Positions 52,783 to 62,441 of a stretch of DNA of 64,000 nt are shown here, in pieces. The notes under the pieces were generated by a model. That model was not told the DNA's origin. It did no database searches and saw only the letters and a program-made list of their open reading frames with translations. Within the stretch, counting starts at the first letter, position 1, and each line of letters opens with the position of its first letter. This DNA comes from Candidatus Omnitrophota bacterium (GTDB taxonomy: Bacteria; Omnitrophota; Gorgyraeia; Duberdicusellales; 4484-171). The DNA is taken from positions 2,947 through 66,946 of the forward strand of contig WJJJ01000013.1 in assembly GCA_014729775.1 (NCBI GenBank), written 5' to 3'. Both the position numbers and the translations under genes were made by a program.

Positions 52783-54120
52783 ATGCGAATACTCATAATC
52801 GGAGCGGGGCCAACCGGCTTAAGCACGGGCCGGAGGCTTCTTGAGTTGGGACACGATGATTTTACAATCTATGAACAGCACTCCTACGCGGGAGGGCTGT
52901 GTGCCAGTTTCCGCGATGAGCAGGGTTTTACCTGGGATCTCGGCGGGCATGTGATCTTTTCCCAGTATCCCTACTTCAACCAGTTGTTTGAATCGGCGCT
53001 CCACGGTCAATTTTACGAGCATACCCGGAAGGCCTGGATTTATTTCATGGACCGATGGGTGCCTTATCCGTTTCAAAACAACCTTCGTCATCTGCCGCGG
53101 GAGGTAATTGCCAAGTGCGTGCGGGATCTTCGTGCGGCGCATCGCAAGAATACTTCTCCGGAGAATTTCAAAGAGTGGATTATGGCCAACATGGGCGAAG
53201 GGATCGCCCAGTATTTTATGCTTCCCTATAACGAAAAAGTATGGGCGTATCCGCTGGAGGACATGAGTGCGGACTGGATCACCGAACGGGTCAGCCGGCC
53301 TGACGTAAAAGAAGTGGTAGGGCTGCTGATCTCAGATAAAGACCGTATGGATTGGGGGCCGAACTCCATTTTTAAGTTTCCCGCTGAAGGGGGGACGGGC
53401 CAGATCTTCCATAACGTGGCCGCCCAGCTTGCACAGAAGATACAGTTCGATACGCGCGTGGAGGAGGTGGATCTTATTGGTAAAAGCGTGAAGCTGAGTA
53501 ACGGCGCGCGGCAAGGGTATGATGTATTGGTGAATACTTCTCCCCTCGATCTTTTCACCCGCATGTGCGCAGGGGCGCCGGCATCGCTGACGGAATGGGG
53601 GGAACAATTGGCACACAATCGGGTATGGGTCGTTGGCGTGGGATTAAAGAAAGGAGCGCTCGATGAAAAATCGTGGGGATATTTTCCGCAGAAGGATGTG
53701 CCGTTCTTCCGCGCGACCTATTTTTCCAATTATTCTCCACGTAACGTACCCGGCCCGGGATACCGGTCGTTTTTGTGCGAAACGGCATATTCTGAGGATT
53801 CCCCATTTGGAAAAAACCAAGCCGTGGATACGACGATCGCAGGTCTTCTTGACACCGGTTTAATCGCGCCGGAGGAAAGGAGCAATATTGTGTCTACGTT
53901 TTCATTCGATATCCCTTACGCCTATCCCATTCCTACCCTAAACCGGGAGAAAGTATTGGCGCGGATTAATCCGCTGCTTGAAGAGCACGGGGTGTTTTCG
54001 CGAGGTCGTTTCGGGGCGTGGCGGTATGAAGTAGGCAATACCGACCATTCGGTCATGCAGGGGAAAGAAATCGCCGACCGGATAGTGAACGGAACGACAG
54101 AGACGGTGTGGCACGGGTAA
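52783..54120 (+). CDS. NAD(P)/FAD-binding oxidoreductase (amine-oxidase / UDP-galactopyranose-mutase superfamily)
   Basis: N-terminal Rossmann MRILIIGAGPTGLSTGRRLLELGHDDFTIYEQHSYAGGLCAS...WDLGGHVIF. Confidence 0.65.
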   Translation: MRILIIGAGPTGLSTGRRLLELGHDDFTIYEQHSYAGGLCASFRDEQGFTWDLGGHVIFSQYPYFNQLFESALHGQFYEHTRKAWIYFMDRWVPYPFQNNLRHLPREVIAKCVRDLRAAHRKNTSPENFKEWIMANMGEGIAQYFMLPYNEKVWAYPLEDMSADWITERVSRPDVKEVVGLLISDKDRMDWGPNSIFKFPAEGGTGQIFHNVAAQLAQKIQFDTRVEEVDLIGKSVKLSNGARQGYDVLVNTSPLDLFTRMCAGAPASLTEWGEQLAHNRVWVVGVGLKKGALDEKSWGYFPQKDVPFFRATYFSNYSPRNVPGPGYRSFLCETAYSEDSPFGKNQAVDTTIAGLLDTGLIAPEERSNIVSTFSFDIPYAYPIPTLNREKVLARINPLLEEHGVFSRGRFGAWRYEVGNTDHSVMQGKEIADRIVNGTTETVWHG

Positions 54121-54130
54121 ATACCTAAAA

Positions 54131-54255
54131 CCGCCGGTTCAACCTACGCGGTTGAACTCACCGTGAGCCCCGATTGAGAAAGGAAAATCAAGGAAACCTT
54201 GTGGTTCAACCTACGCGGTTGAACCGGGTTGGGGCACGCGGTTGAACCGGGGGAG
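54131..54255. repeat. REPIN/MITE-like element, second copy (with extra partial third palindrome)
   Basis: 54136-54225 is 89/90 identical to 52483-52572; extra GCGGTTGAACCGGGGG at 54237-54252; begins 11 bp after the oxidoreductase stop. Confidence 0.7.
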
Positions 54256-54421
54256 GCAAATGCTTCGCTTCTTTTTTTTCTCTCCGTAAGCAGCTGTCGT
54301 TGGGTTCTTTACCCGCCGTTGTTTCCCTTCGTGTGTGCCTTCCTCGGGCTGATCCCGGCGGGAAAGTGTGAACCAAATCAAAATAAACAGGACGCAGGCC
54401 CTGTCTGAATAGTTCCCGCTA

Positions 54422-54533
54422 TCCTATAATCATTATAGATATTCCGCACCTCACAGATTAGCGATAAGCGCGCGGCGCGTCAGGTGTGCCTCGCCTCCCC
54501 CTTTGTGTGCCCCGCGCGAGTCGCTAATCTGTC
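54422..54533. promoter_or_regulatory. Fur-core-like palindrome CTATAATCATTATAG plus long inverted repeat ACAGATTAGCGA...TCGCTAATCTGT
   Basis: 15-bp perfect palindrome 54424-54438 containing ATAATCATTAT (centre of the E. coli Fur box) and a TATAAT hexamer; 12-bp perfect IR arms at 54452-54464 / 54521-54533 extendable to ~22 bp with a bulge. Confidence 0.4.
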
Positions 54534-54754
54534 TTCATCTCTTTGCGCAATCTGTCAACTCCGCCTGGGGCGATTTTCCCTGGTGAGTGCCTCATTTCTG
54601 AGTACGCGGTTCGCCCCGGACAGGCGAGTACCGAGAGTGCCGGAAATTATCCGTGACCGATTGCAAAGCGTATGATTTTCTTATAGAATACCTTTGCGTG
54701 AGGGAAATCCGGGGGATACAATGACTGCCGGTAATTGGAGGAAGGAGGCTTGAC

Positions 54755-55663
54755 ATGGGTTCGATCACACACGCTGCGGGGTTGCTTCAGGAAAAACTGA
54801 AAACATGGCTGGAGTCCTGCATTTTGGTCCTGCCGAATTTTCTCGTCGCCCTGCTGGTGCTGGTAGTGAGTTATCTTCTTTCCCGGCGCTTGTCAGCCGT
54901 GGTTCGCGGCATGTTGTCCCGTTTTGTGAAAAATCAGGCCCTGATTAATTTTCTTGGTATTCTTGTTCGCATCACGGTTCTGCTTCTTGGTTTTCTGATC
55001 GCCCTTCGGATACTTGATCTAGACGACGCGTTTTTTTCAGTGATGGCCGGGGTCGGGATCGCCGGGATCGCGATCGGCTTCGCGTTTCAGGATGTTGCTT
55101 CGAACTTTATCGCCGGAATCGCCCTGGTTTTCCGTTCCGACCGGCCGTTTAAAGTGGGAGATGTGGTGGAGACCAATGATTTTATCGGGGTGATCAAAGA
55201 GATTAATTTGCGGGATACACTCCTTGAAACCTTTCACGGGCATTCGATCTTTATCCCGAACAAGCTTATTTTTGAGAACGCGGTGGTCAACTACACCCTG
55301 AAGGGGCAGCGCCGGGTAGATTTACAGGTGGGTATTTCCTATGGCGAAGATTTGGAAAAGGTGAAAGAAGTAACCATGGCCGCGCTTGAACCTGTGACCG
55401 GAAAACTGGCCGCCCGGCCGGTGGAATTTTATTTTGAAGAGTTCGGCAACAGTTCCATCAACTTTCAGGTGAGGGTGTGGATTCCATTCGTCAGTCAGCC
55501 GGAATATTTACGGACGCGCAGTGACATGGTGGTTCGTATCAAGAAAGCTTATGATCAGCACGGCATTACCATTCCTTTTCCGATTCGGACACTTGACTTC
55601 GGCATTAAGGGCGGGGAAAAACTTTCCGCCATGCTTTCCTCCAAAGAGGGATTCGGCAGTTAG
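54755..55663 (+). CDS. mscS: small-conductance mechanosensitive channel (MscS family)
   Basis: Three N-terminal TM helices, pore helix with GIAGIAIGFAFQD, conserved beta-domain PFKVGDVVE. Confidence 0.8.
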   Translation: MGSITHAAGLLQEKLKTWLESCILVLPNFLVALLVLVVSYLLSRRLSAVVRGMLSRFVKNQALINFLGILVRITVLLLGFLIALRILDLDDAFFSVMAGVGIAGIAIGFAFQDVASNFIAGIALVFRSDRPFKVGDVVETNDFIGVIKEINLRDTLLETFHGHSIFIPNKLIFENAVVNYTLKGQRRVDLQVGISYGEDLEKVKEVTMAALEPVTGKLAARPVEFYFEEFGNSSINFQVRVWIPFVSQPEYLRTRSDMVVRIKKAYDQHGITIPFPIRTLDFGIKGGEKLSAMLSSKEGFGS

Positions 55664-56623
55664 ATGATGCCGGTGACCGAACGTATTGCCGCGGGATTGT
55701 TCCTTGCTGCGGTGCTGGCGGTCTACGCGCTTGAACTGCGAATATTGGCCGCGCAGTTGTTCCGGCGGCCCCTCCCTTCCGTATTTCTCCGCCGGGCGCG
55801 TCCCTGGATTCACGCGGCCGCGTTGGCTGGGTTGATCTGTTTTCTGTATGGGTTATTCGTTGAGCCCTACTGGCTGCAGGTGAATCGAGAGAAGATACGG
55901 ACAGGATCCTTACGTGATACTTCCTTCCGCGTGGTGCAGATTTCCGATCTGCATTGTGACCGGAAAATCCGGAACGAGCCGAAACTGGTCAGGATGGTCA
56001 ATGAGCTCCGCCCCGATATTATCGTGTTTACCGGCGACGCGCTCAATACAGAAAAAGCGCTGGGAACGTTTCGACGGACACTTGCCTCGCTGCGGTCCTC
56101 CCACGGAAAATTCGCGGTTCGCGGTAATTTTGACGTGTGGTATTGGGACGAGGCCGAGCTGTTTTCCGGGACGGGATTCCGGGAACTGAACGCGACGGTA
56201 GCAGTTCAGAAAAACGGCGAAGTGCTGTACCTTACCGGTTCACGGTGTGATCGTCCTTCCGAGATACTGACACGGTGCGCCGAGGTTCCCCGTGGAATTT
56301 TTCATATCGTGCTGTTTCACTATCCGTATCTGGTGGAGCGGCTCCCCGCGCGTTCCACTGATTTATATTTATGCGGACATACGCACGGGGGGCAGGTCGC
56401 GGTTCCCGGCTACGGCGCGCTGGTTACGATGTCACGACTGGGTAAGAAATACGAACGGGGGAAGTACCGGGTAGAGAATACCCATATGTACGTGAATCGC
56501 GGGGTCGGGATGGAAGGCGGGATCGCGCCGCGGGTGCGGTTCTTTGCCCGGCCGGAAATCACGGTGTTCGATATCGTTCCGGTCAGTGCCGTGAACGGAA
56601 ATGCTTCCGGAGCAGGGCAATGA
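55664..56623 (+). CDS. calcineurin-like metallophosphoesterase (membrane-associated)
   Basis: VVQISDLHCD, FTGDALN, GNFD, GHTHGGQV metal-binding motifs; two N-terminal TM helices. Confidence 0.75.
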   Translation: MMPVTERIAAGLFLAAVLAVYALELRILAAQLFRRPLPSVFLRRARPWIHAAALAGLICFLYGLFVEPYWLQVNREKIRTGSLRDTSFRVVQISDLHCDRKIRNEPKLVRMVNELRPDIIVFTGDALNTEKALGTFRRTLASLRSSHGKFAVRGNFDVWYWDEAELFSGTGFRELNATVAVQKNGEVLYLTGSRCDRPSEILTRCAEVPRGIFHIVLFHYPYLVERLPARSTDLYLCGHTHGGQVAVPGYGALVTMSRLGKKYERGKYRVENTHMYVNRGVGMEGGIAPRVRFFARPEITVFDIVPVSAVNGNASGAGQ

Positions 56624-57084
56624 CGGGGATAATTGTGTATCATTCGGCGCATCATCAGAATACCGCCAAGGTGGCAGACGCCATGGCCCAAGTCGCGGGG
56701 TGTCAGGCGGTTCGAGCCGGGGAAATTGATCCCGGGGAACTGACGAAATACGAAGTGGCCGGGTTCGGCTCGGGAATATATTTCGGAAGGCATCACCGGA
56801 TACTCTTGCGCTGGGTCGAACAATGTCCCGCACTCCCCGCGCAGGTTTTCATTTTTTCGACCAGCGGACGGGGAACCGGAGGAAAGAATCACCGGGCACT
56901 GCGCGAGATGATTCGCCGTCGCGGCTGCCGTGTGCGCGGGGAGTTCGCCTGCAAAGGATACGATACCTTCGGTCCTTTGAAGTTATTCGGAGGCATTCAC
57001 CGCGGGAAACCGGATCACGGCGATATTCGCCGGGCACGGGAATTCGCGATGCGCATGAATGCAGATCTTCCGCCGGAGCCGTAA
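56620..57084 (+). CDS. flavodoxin-fold protein
   Basis: IIVYHSAHHQNTAKVADAMA...AGFGSGIYFG flavodoxin-like FMN loop; ATGA overlap upstream. Confidence 0.55.
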   Translation: MTGIIVYHSAHHQNTAKVADAMAQVAGCQAVRAGEIDPGELTKYEVAGFGSGIYFGRHHRILLRWVEQCPALPAQVFIFSTSGRGTGGKNHRALREMIRRRGCRVRGEFACKGYDTFGPLKLFGGIHRGKPDHGDIRRAREFAMRMNADLPPEP

Positions 57085-57105
57085 TAAGACGTGCAGGTTT
57101 TTTGC

Positions 57106-57134
57106 TTGACGTTTGAGAGTTTTTCCTATATAGT
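57106..57134 (+). promoter_or_regulatory. sigma-70-like promoter (TTGACG-N17-TATAGT)
   Basis: -35 TTGACG 57106-11; -10 TATAGT 57129-34 (alt TATATA 57127-32); 35 nt upstream of PerR-like gene. Confidence 0.45.
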
Positions 57135-57168
57135 AGCTATTCCTATCTGACAGTGAAAGGAGCGCGCA

Positions 57169-57660
57169 ATGGAGAGATTTTTGCAGCGTTGCAGGCAAGA
57201 TCGTATACGGATCACTCCTCAGCGGGAGGCGATTTACCGGGTGGTGAAAGACGCTCACGAACACCCGTATGCACAACGGGTATATCGTAAAGTGAAACCC
57301 AGATTCCGGTCTATCTCATTTGATACGGTCAACCGCACGTTGGAACTGTTCGTGCGTATGGGGCTGTTGAAGACGGTAGAGGGCAGCGGGCAGCCAAAGC
57401 GGTTTGATGCCGATCTCGGATCTCATTCGCATTTCCGCTGTACGCGGTGTAACACGATTTTTGATTTTTCTTACGGTCCTTACGAACGGTTGACAGTTCC
57501 CCGCAAGATCAGCACGCGGCACTCAGTCCGGTCCGTGAGTGTAGTAATAGAGGGTATATGCGAACGATGTTCACGCAGGAAACCGGCCCCGAAAGAAGGT
57601 GTTCATGAAAGTGTTAGGGATATGCGGAACCAACAAAAAAGAAGAAAAATCGGCAAGTGA
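57169..57660 (+). CDS. Fur-family regulator (PerR-like)
   Basis: RITPQREAIYRVV...H.YAQRVYRKV...ISFDTVNRTLELFVRMGL winged helix; CTRC and CERC CxxC pairs. Confidence 0.75.
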   Translation: MERFLQRCRQDRIRITPQREAIYRVVKDAHEHPYAQRVYRKVKPRFRSISFDTVNRTLELFVRMGLLKTVEGSGQPKRFDADLGSHSHFRCTRCNTIFDFSYGPYERLTVPRKISTRHSVRSVSVVIEGICERCSRRKPAPKEGVHESVRDMRNQQKRRKIGK

Positions 57661-58312
57661 ATGGTTTCTGGCGGAAGCGCTGCGGGCCGCCCGGGAAGCG
57701 GGTGCGGATACTGAATCAGTACGATTGAGCCGGTACAGGCTCAAACCGTGCTTATCGTGTGATCTGTGTTTTTGCGGCAGGAAGTGTCCGTTATTTGATG
57801 ATCCCGAAGACGACGGAGGGGTTCTGTTCGAGAAATTCTTCTCGGCCGATGCCTTGATTTTTTCCTCGCCCGTGTACTCTTACCAGCAGCCGGCGCAGGT
57901 GATCAACTTAATCCAGCGGTCCCGCGTGTTTCATGAGATTGCGCGCGGGCGGCGAATGGGACTGCGCAGTATTAAGATGAACGGGAACCCGTACGCGGGC
58001 AAGCCGGTCGGAAATCTGGCGGTGTCGGCGACCATCGGGCAGGAAACCGCGCTCGCCGGTATTCTGCATAATCTGAGAGGACTTGGTGCCGCCCCGGTGG
58101 CCTGCGCGGGGATCTCGCTCATGGAGCCGGTGATCAAAGACATGTACAGAGCCGCTGACCGCGAGGCGCTTCAGAATGTCGCGGGAACGAGTCCGGATGG
58201 GTTTGAAGAAAACGGTGCCGCGCGTGACATGGCCCGGGCAGTCGGGCAGTATGTATGCACGGTGCATGCGTCAAAGATGTTCCAGAAAATAAAACACCAC
58301 ATTAAACTGTGA
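57605..58312 (+). CDS. NADPH-dependent FMN reductase-fold protein with N-terminal Cys cluster (iron-sulfur flavoprotein-like)
   Basis: MKVLGICGTNKK...CLSCDLCFCGRKCP compact Cys motif followed by flavodoxin-like fold. Confidence 0.55.
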   Translation: MKVLGICGTNKKEEKSASEWFLAEALRAAREAGADTESVRLSRYRLKPCLSCDLCFCGRKCPLFDDPEDDGGVLFEKFFSADALIFSSPVYSYQQPAQVINLIQRSRVFHEIARGRRMGLRSIKMNGNPYAGKPVGNLAVSATIGQETALAGILHNLRGLGAAPVACAGISLMEPVIKDMYRAADREALQNVAGTSPDGFEENGAARDMARAVGQYVCTVHASKMFQKIKHHIKL

Positions 58313-58980
58313 ATAGGTATCGAAACCGGCAACGTGAGAGGAGCGGGAGAGTGAAGCGTCTTCTGGCGGGCGGCGGTGTGGTTCTGCTGGCGATTTTCGT
58401 GCAAAGCGGGACGGCCGGGCATGTTTCGGCTGAGGAAGGGCAAAAAAGGGTGCTGGTCGTCTATTATTCCCGTACCGGATATACGCACAGCGTCGCCCGA
58501 AAGATCGCGGAGAGATTTGACGCCGATCTGGAACGGCTTATTGATACCCGCAAGAGGACGGGACCTTTCGCGGTGGCGGTCGCCGGCAAGGACGCGGTAG
58601 CCGGTAACCGCACGGTGCTTAAGCCTCTGCAGGCTGACCCGGGGGAGTATTCTCTGATTTTGATCGGCACGCCGGCGTGGTTCGGGAACGTCACCCCGGC
58701 CGTACGGACGTTCGTGGCCGAATACGATATTGCGGAGAAAACGGCGGGGCTGTTCGGGACCACTAATTTAACCGGGATTGAGGCGGCACTGGATCAGCTT
58801 GCCGGACTGATCGCGCCGGAAGACTCTCCGGAACAGGCCCGGGAATATCCCCGTTTACCCTTGCGGCAGAAAGACCTGAAAGAAGAAATCCTGGACGGGA
58901 AAATTGATGCGTTTTATCAGGAAGTGATGAATTCCTCCCAAGATAATCCGTTGTCTTCCCCGACTCCCACAACACAGTAA
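58309..58980 (+). CDS. flavodoxin-fold protein with N-terminal signal/anchor
   Basis: VLVVYYSRTGYTHSVARKIAE flavodoxin loop after a hydrophobic leader; likely GTG start 58351. Confidence 0.45.
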   Translation: MNRYRNRQRERSGRVKRLLAGGGVVLLAIFVQSGTAGHVSAEEGQKRVLVVYYSRTGYTHSVARKIAERFDADLERLIDTRKRTGPFAVAVAGKDAVAGNRTVLKPLQADPGEYSLILIGTPAWFGNVTPAVRTFVAEYDIAEKTAGLFGTTNLTGIEAALDQLAGLIAPEDSPEQAREYPRLPLRQKDLKEEILDGKIDAFYQEVMNSSQDNPLSSPTPTTQ

Positions 58981-58992
58981 AGGACTCAACAC

Positions 58993-59499
58993 ATGGGAAA
59001 AAAACGTATCTATGAGGGCAAAATAGTCAATTTATCGGTCGAGTCCCGGACACTGCCTACCGGCGTGGATACTACTCTTGAAATCATCCGCCATCCGGGA
59101 GCGGTGTTGATCATTCCTTATGCGGGCCCAGGCGCGGTGCTCATGCTGCGTCAGTACCGGCCGGTCGTGGAGGAGTATCTGTGGGAATTTCCCGCGGGTA
59201 CGCTGGACCCCGGAGAATCCATACGTGAGTGCGCCCGCCGCGAACTGCGGGAAGAAACAGGCTATTCGGCCCGCCGGTTCAAAAAATGCGGCGTGATTTA
59301 CCCGGCGCCGGGATATTCAAACGAAACGATCGTGCTTTACGAAGCCCGTGAGTTACGTATGGGCCTCCCGGATCGGGAGGAGGACGAAATAATCGAGGTG
59401 CGTGAACTGACCCTTCCCCGGGTCATGTCTCTCTGCAGTAACGGTAAGATAAAAGACGCCAAAACCCTGAGCGCATTGCAGTATTTGCGGTCCGGGTAG
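58993..59499 (+). CDS. NUDIX hydrolase (ADP-ribose pyrophosphatase-like)
   Basis: Nudix box GTLDPGESIRECARRELREETGY. Confidence 0.8.
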   Translation: MGKKRIYEGKIVNLSVESRTLPTGVDTTLEIIRHPGAVLIIPYAGPGAVLMLRQYRPVVEEYLWEFPAGTLDPGESIRECARRELREETGYSARRFKKCGVIYPAPGYSNETIVLYEARELRMGLPDREEDEIIEVRELTLPRVMSLCSNGKIKDAKTLSALQYLRSG

Positions 59500-59572
59500 C
59501 GGTCCGGCGGCGCGAGGAAGTGCCCGAAAAAGAATTGTTGTTTCCTGGCCGATATTCCGTTAAGATATCCAC

Positions 59573-60433
59573 ATGACCAAATCCCCGTCCCAGAAAAAAG
59601 GACTCATTCAGTGGCACCGATTCCGTATTCCTTACCGGGTATACGGAAATGGGGAGGATGTGCTGTGTCTCAACGGCGCCCAGCAGTCGATGGCCATGTG
59701 GTTTTCCTTCCTGCAGCGGTTCGGGCAACGCTATCGGATCACCCTGTTTGATTTTCCGCATCAGGGCAAGGCACAGATCCTTCACGGTCCCTCGCGAATA
59801 TCTTTGGAGGAACAAGTGGCCATTGTACGTGAGGTGATGCGCGCCGCCGGTATCCGGCAGGCGACGGTGTGTTCTGCATCCTGGGGGGGAGTAGTCGCGT
59901 TGCTGTTCGCGCTCCGGTTTCCCGCATTGACGCAGCGATTGATCCTTGCCAGTATCGGAATGAAACCGAACGAACGCATGAGGCGGACGATTATGCAGGG
60001 GGTCACGATGGAAAAAGAGGAACGGGTTTCCATGGCCGAAACGCTCATCGCCAGTTTCGGGTCCTGTCTCTCGGAGAAATTCAAAAAGCAGATCACCCGG
60101 CAGTTTGAATCCATGTCGGCCGAGCGGCTGGGAGAATTCTGCGAGCACGGTCTTTCGGTAATCAATGCCGGCGCGCTCGATAAAGTCGTTGCGCTGCATG
60201 AAGTGAGCGTTCCCACTCTTGTGCTGTACGGAGAAAATGATCCGATCATTGATTTTGAAGACGTGGAACTGCTTGCGTTAAAAATAGGGGGGTGCGGAGT
60301 ATACCGTATTCCTGGCGTGGGCCATTTTCTGCATCTGGAAGATGAAAAAGTATTTGATGTGTACGCCGCAATCCTTTCCGGCGGTGAAGTATACCATTCT
60401 TCTTCCCGGAAGATCTGTCCGCTTTATTTCTGA
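59573..60433 (+). CDS. alpha/beta-fold hydrolase
   Basis: Nucleophile elbow CSASWGG, acid/His region GVGHFLHLED. Confidence 0.65.
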   Translation: MTKSPSQKKGLIQWHRFRIPYRVYGNGEDVLCLNGAQQSMAMWFSFLQRFGQRYRITLFDFPHQGKAQILHGPSRISLEEQVAIVREVMRAAGIRQATVCSASWGGVVALLFALRFPALTQRLILASIGMKPNERMRRTIMQGVTMEKEERVSMAETLIASFGSCLSEKFKKQITRQFESMSAERLGEFCEHGLSVINAGALDKVVALHEVSVPTLVLYGENDPIIDFEDVELLALKIGGCGVYRIPGVGHFLHLEDEKVFDVYAAILSGGEVYHSSSRKICPLYF

Positions 60434-60458
60434 TGCGGCTCGTGAAATGATTGTGCCG

Positions 60459-60677
60459 TCAGATTCTGATATCGATGTTGTTGCCCCGGATAGCGCCTCC
60501 CAGCGAATGCAAAATCGGCACGATCGGCTCGATTTTTGCATGAGTTCGCGCGGCTCCGACCCGGTTGACGTTTGACATCGAATCCAGTAGCGTCATCGCG
60601 TTCTGTTTGTGGAGCGCGAGGCCGGTTTTCAGGGCCGACATCTGGCTTACTTGACTCATTAACGCGACACCGTTCAT
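60459..60677 (-). CDS. YjfB-like putative motility protein (small)
   Basis: RBS GGAGG + ATG 60677; MNGVALMSQVSQMSALKTGLALHKQNAMTLLDSM resembles YjfB-family pattern (M.I..L...MSQ..V..A....LK.A.D.Q); weak. Confidence 0.35.
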   Translation of the reverse strand: MNGVALMSQVSQMSALKTGLALHKQNAMTLLDSMSNVNRVGAARTHAKIEPIVPILHSLGGAIRGNNIDIRI

Positions 60678-60906
60678 AGCGCCTCCTTTCGTTTCCGCAG
60701 CGACACTTAGACTATAGCACATTTTGCCCCACGTGCCAACGGGATCGGGCCCGAAAATATTCGGAGGATACCCCGAAAAAAACGATTTTTTGCTTATCAA
60801 ATTGGTCTAATTTGTTATAATAGGAGCTTCGTCTTTCCGCGTGATTCGAAGAAGATCCGTCGGGGAGAAACAGCTTCAAAGCCTCTGAGCCACAAGAGAA
60901 GATCGC

Positions 60907-62301
60907 ATGCGCAGGAAAAATAATCTTATTCAGGGACCGGTGGGAAAGACCCTGGTATCGCTCACAATTCCGATGCTGTTCGGGATGTTTTCGATGGTGT
61001 TGTTTAATTTGGTGGACGCCTTTTTTATCTCGCGTCTGGGGACCCGGGAATTGGCCGCCATTGGATTTACGTTTCCGGTGATCATGTTCGTGAGCGGGAT
61101 CGCGCTCGGTCTGGGGGTCGCGGCAGCTTCAGTCGTTTCACGGGCGATCGGCCGCGGGGAGCAGAAGACAGTGAGACGCCTTGCGACCGACAGCCTCGCG
61201 ATTTCAATCGTGGTGGTGGCAGTATTGGCCTGGGTCGGGTTGCGCACGATTTCCCCGGTGTTCCGCATGCTGGACGCCGATGCGTCCATGCTGGTGCTTA
61301 TCCGGCAGTACATGGAAATTTGGTATATCGGAACGGTATTTGTAGTCGTGCCGATGGTGGGCAATAACGTCCTGCGGGCAAGCGGCGACACGCTGTATCC
61401 GGCGCTGTTGATGATGATTTCGACCGTTCTCAATATCATACTTGATCCCCTGCTTATCTTCGGACTGGCCGGATTTCCCCGAATGGAATTGGCGGGAGCC
61501 GCGCTGGCGACGGTCATCGCCCGGGGGGTGACCTGTGTGTGTTCTCTTGCGATCCTGCATTATCGGGAGCGTCTGCTTGATTTCCGCCTTCCTCGGGCTT
61601 CAGAATTCGCCGCGTCCGTCCGGCAGATTTTATATATCGCGGTTCCTTCTTCTTTTTCCAGAATCCTGCTTCCGGCGGCAACGGCGGTCATTACCCGGCT
61701 GGTGGCCCAATTCGGCGCGCCGGCTGTGGCCGCGCTTGGTGCCGCGGTGCGGGTGGAAATGTTTGTGTTTACCGTCATCATGGCGCTGGCAACCGCGTTG
61801 ATTCCTTTTGTCGGGCAAAACTGGGGCGCGCGCCGTTATGACCGGGTCAACCTGGCACGGCGGTATTCCCGCCGCTTTTCGCTGGGATGGGGGCTCGTGC
61901 TGGCGGTCGTATTATTTTTTTCGGCCGGGCCGGTGGCGCGAATCTTCAGCGCGGATCCCGAGGTTGTAGGCGCGCTTGTCTGGTATCTCAGAATTATTCC
62001 CCTCAGCTACGGAATGCGCTCGCTGGCTCTGCTCACCGCGTCGGTATTTAATGCGGTGAACAAACCGTTGATCGCGGGGGGAATTAATGTCATTCGCATG
62101 TTCGGGCTCTACGTGCCGTTCTCGTATCTGGGCGCGTGGTGGGGCGGATTGCCCGGTCTGTTTGCGGGGCTGTGTCTGGCCAACATTTCCGCCGGGATCA
62201 TTACCGAATGGTGGGGAAGCCGATTGCCTTCGACCGTTCCGGCGCCGGCGTCCTGTCCGGAACACACTCCCGACGATTCCCGTCTGCCGGTATGTGAATA
62301 A
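60907..62301 (+). CDS. MATE-family multidrug/oligosaccharide efflux transporter
   Basis: 12 TM helices; N-terminal GPVGKTLVSLTIPMLFGMFSMVLFNLVDAFFISRLG typical MATE opening. Confidence 0.85.
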   Translation: MRRKNNLIQGPVGKTLVSLTIPMLFGMFSMVLFNLVDAFFISRLGTRELAAIGFTFPVIMFVSGIALGLGVAAASVVSRAIGRGEQKTVRRLATDSLAISIVVVAVLAWVGLRTISPVFRMLDADASMLVLIRQYMEIWYIGTVFVVVPMVGNNVLRASGDTLYPALLMMISTVLNIILDPLLIFGLAGFPRMELAGAALATVIARGVTCVCSLAILHYRERLLDFRLPRASEFAASVRQILYIAVPSSFSRILLPAATAVITRLVAQFGAPAVAALGAAVRVEMFVFTVIMALATALIPFVGQNWGARRYDRVNLARRYSRRFSLGWGLVLAVVLFFSAGPVARIFSADPEVVGALVWYLRIIPLSYGMRSLALLTASVFNAVNKPLIAGGINVIRMFGLYVPFSYLGAWWGGLPGLFAGLCLANISAGIITEWWGSRLPSTVPAPASCPEHTPDDSRLPVCE

Positions 62302-62441
62302 CGGGTTTCCCGTAGAGGGGGATGCGGGAAAAGAAATCCAGGGTATAAACGGTGGGCAGAGCGGCCGATCGATTTCTCCCGCGCAATCGAAAAAAGTTGT
62401 ATTCAGGGGAAGCGCGTGTTATACTTTGCTTTCGTTGAACG

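Noticed and set aside
52471-54255. Possible CRISPR array (repeated 22-bp palindromes with spacers)
   Set aside because: Only two repeats per element, the spacers of the two elements are themselves 99% identical, and the repeats are self-palindromic with GTAG; this is a REP/MITE signature, not CRISPR. No cas genes in the window.
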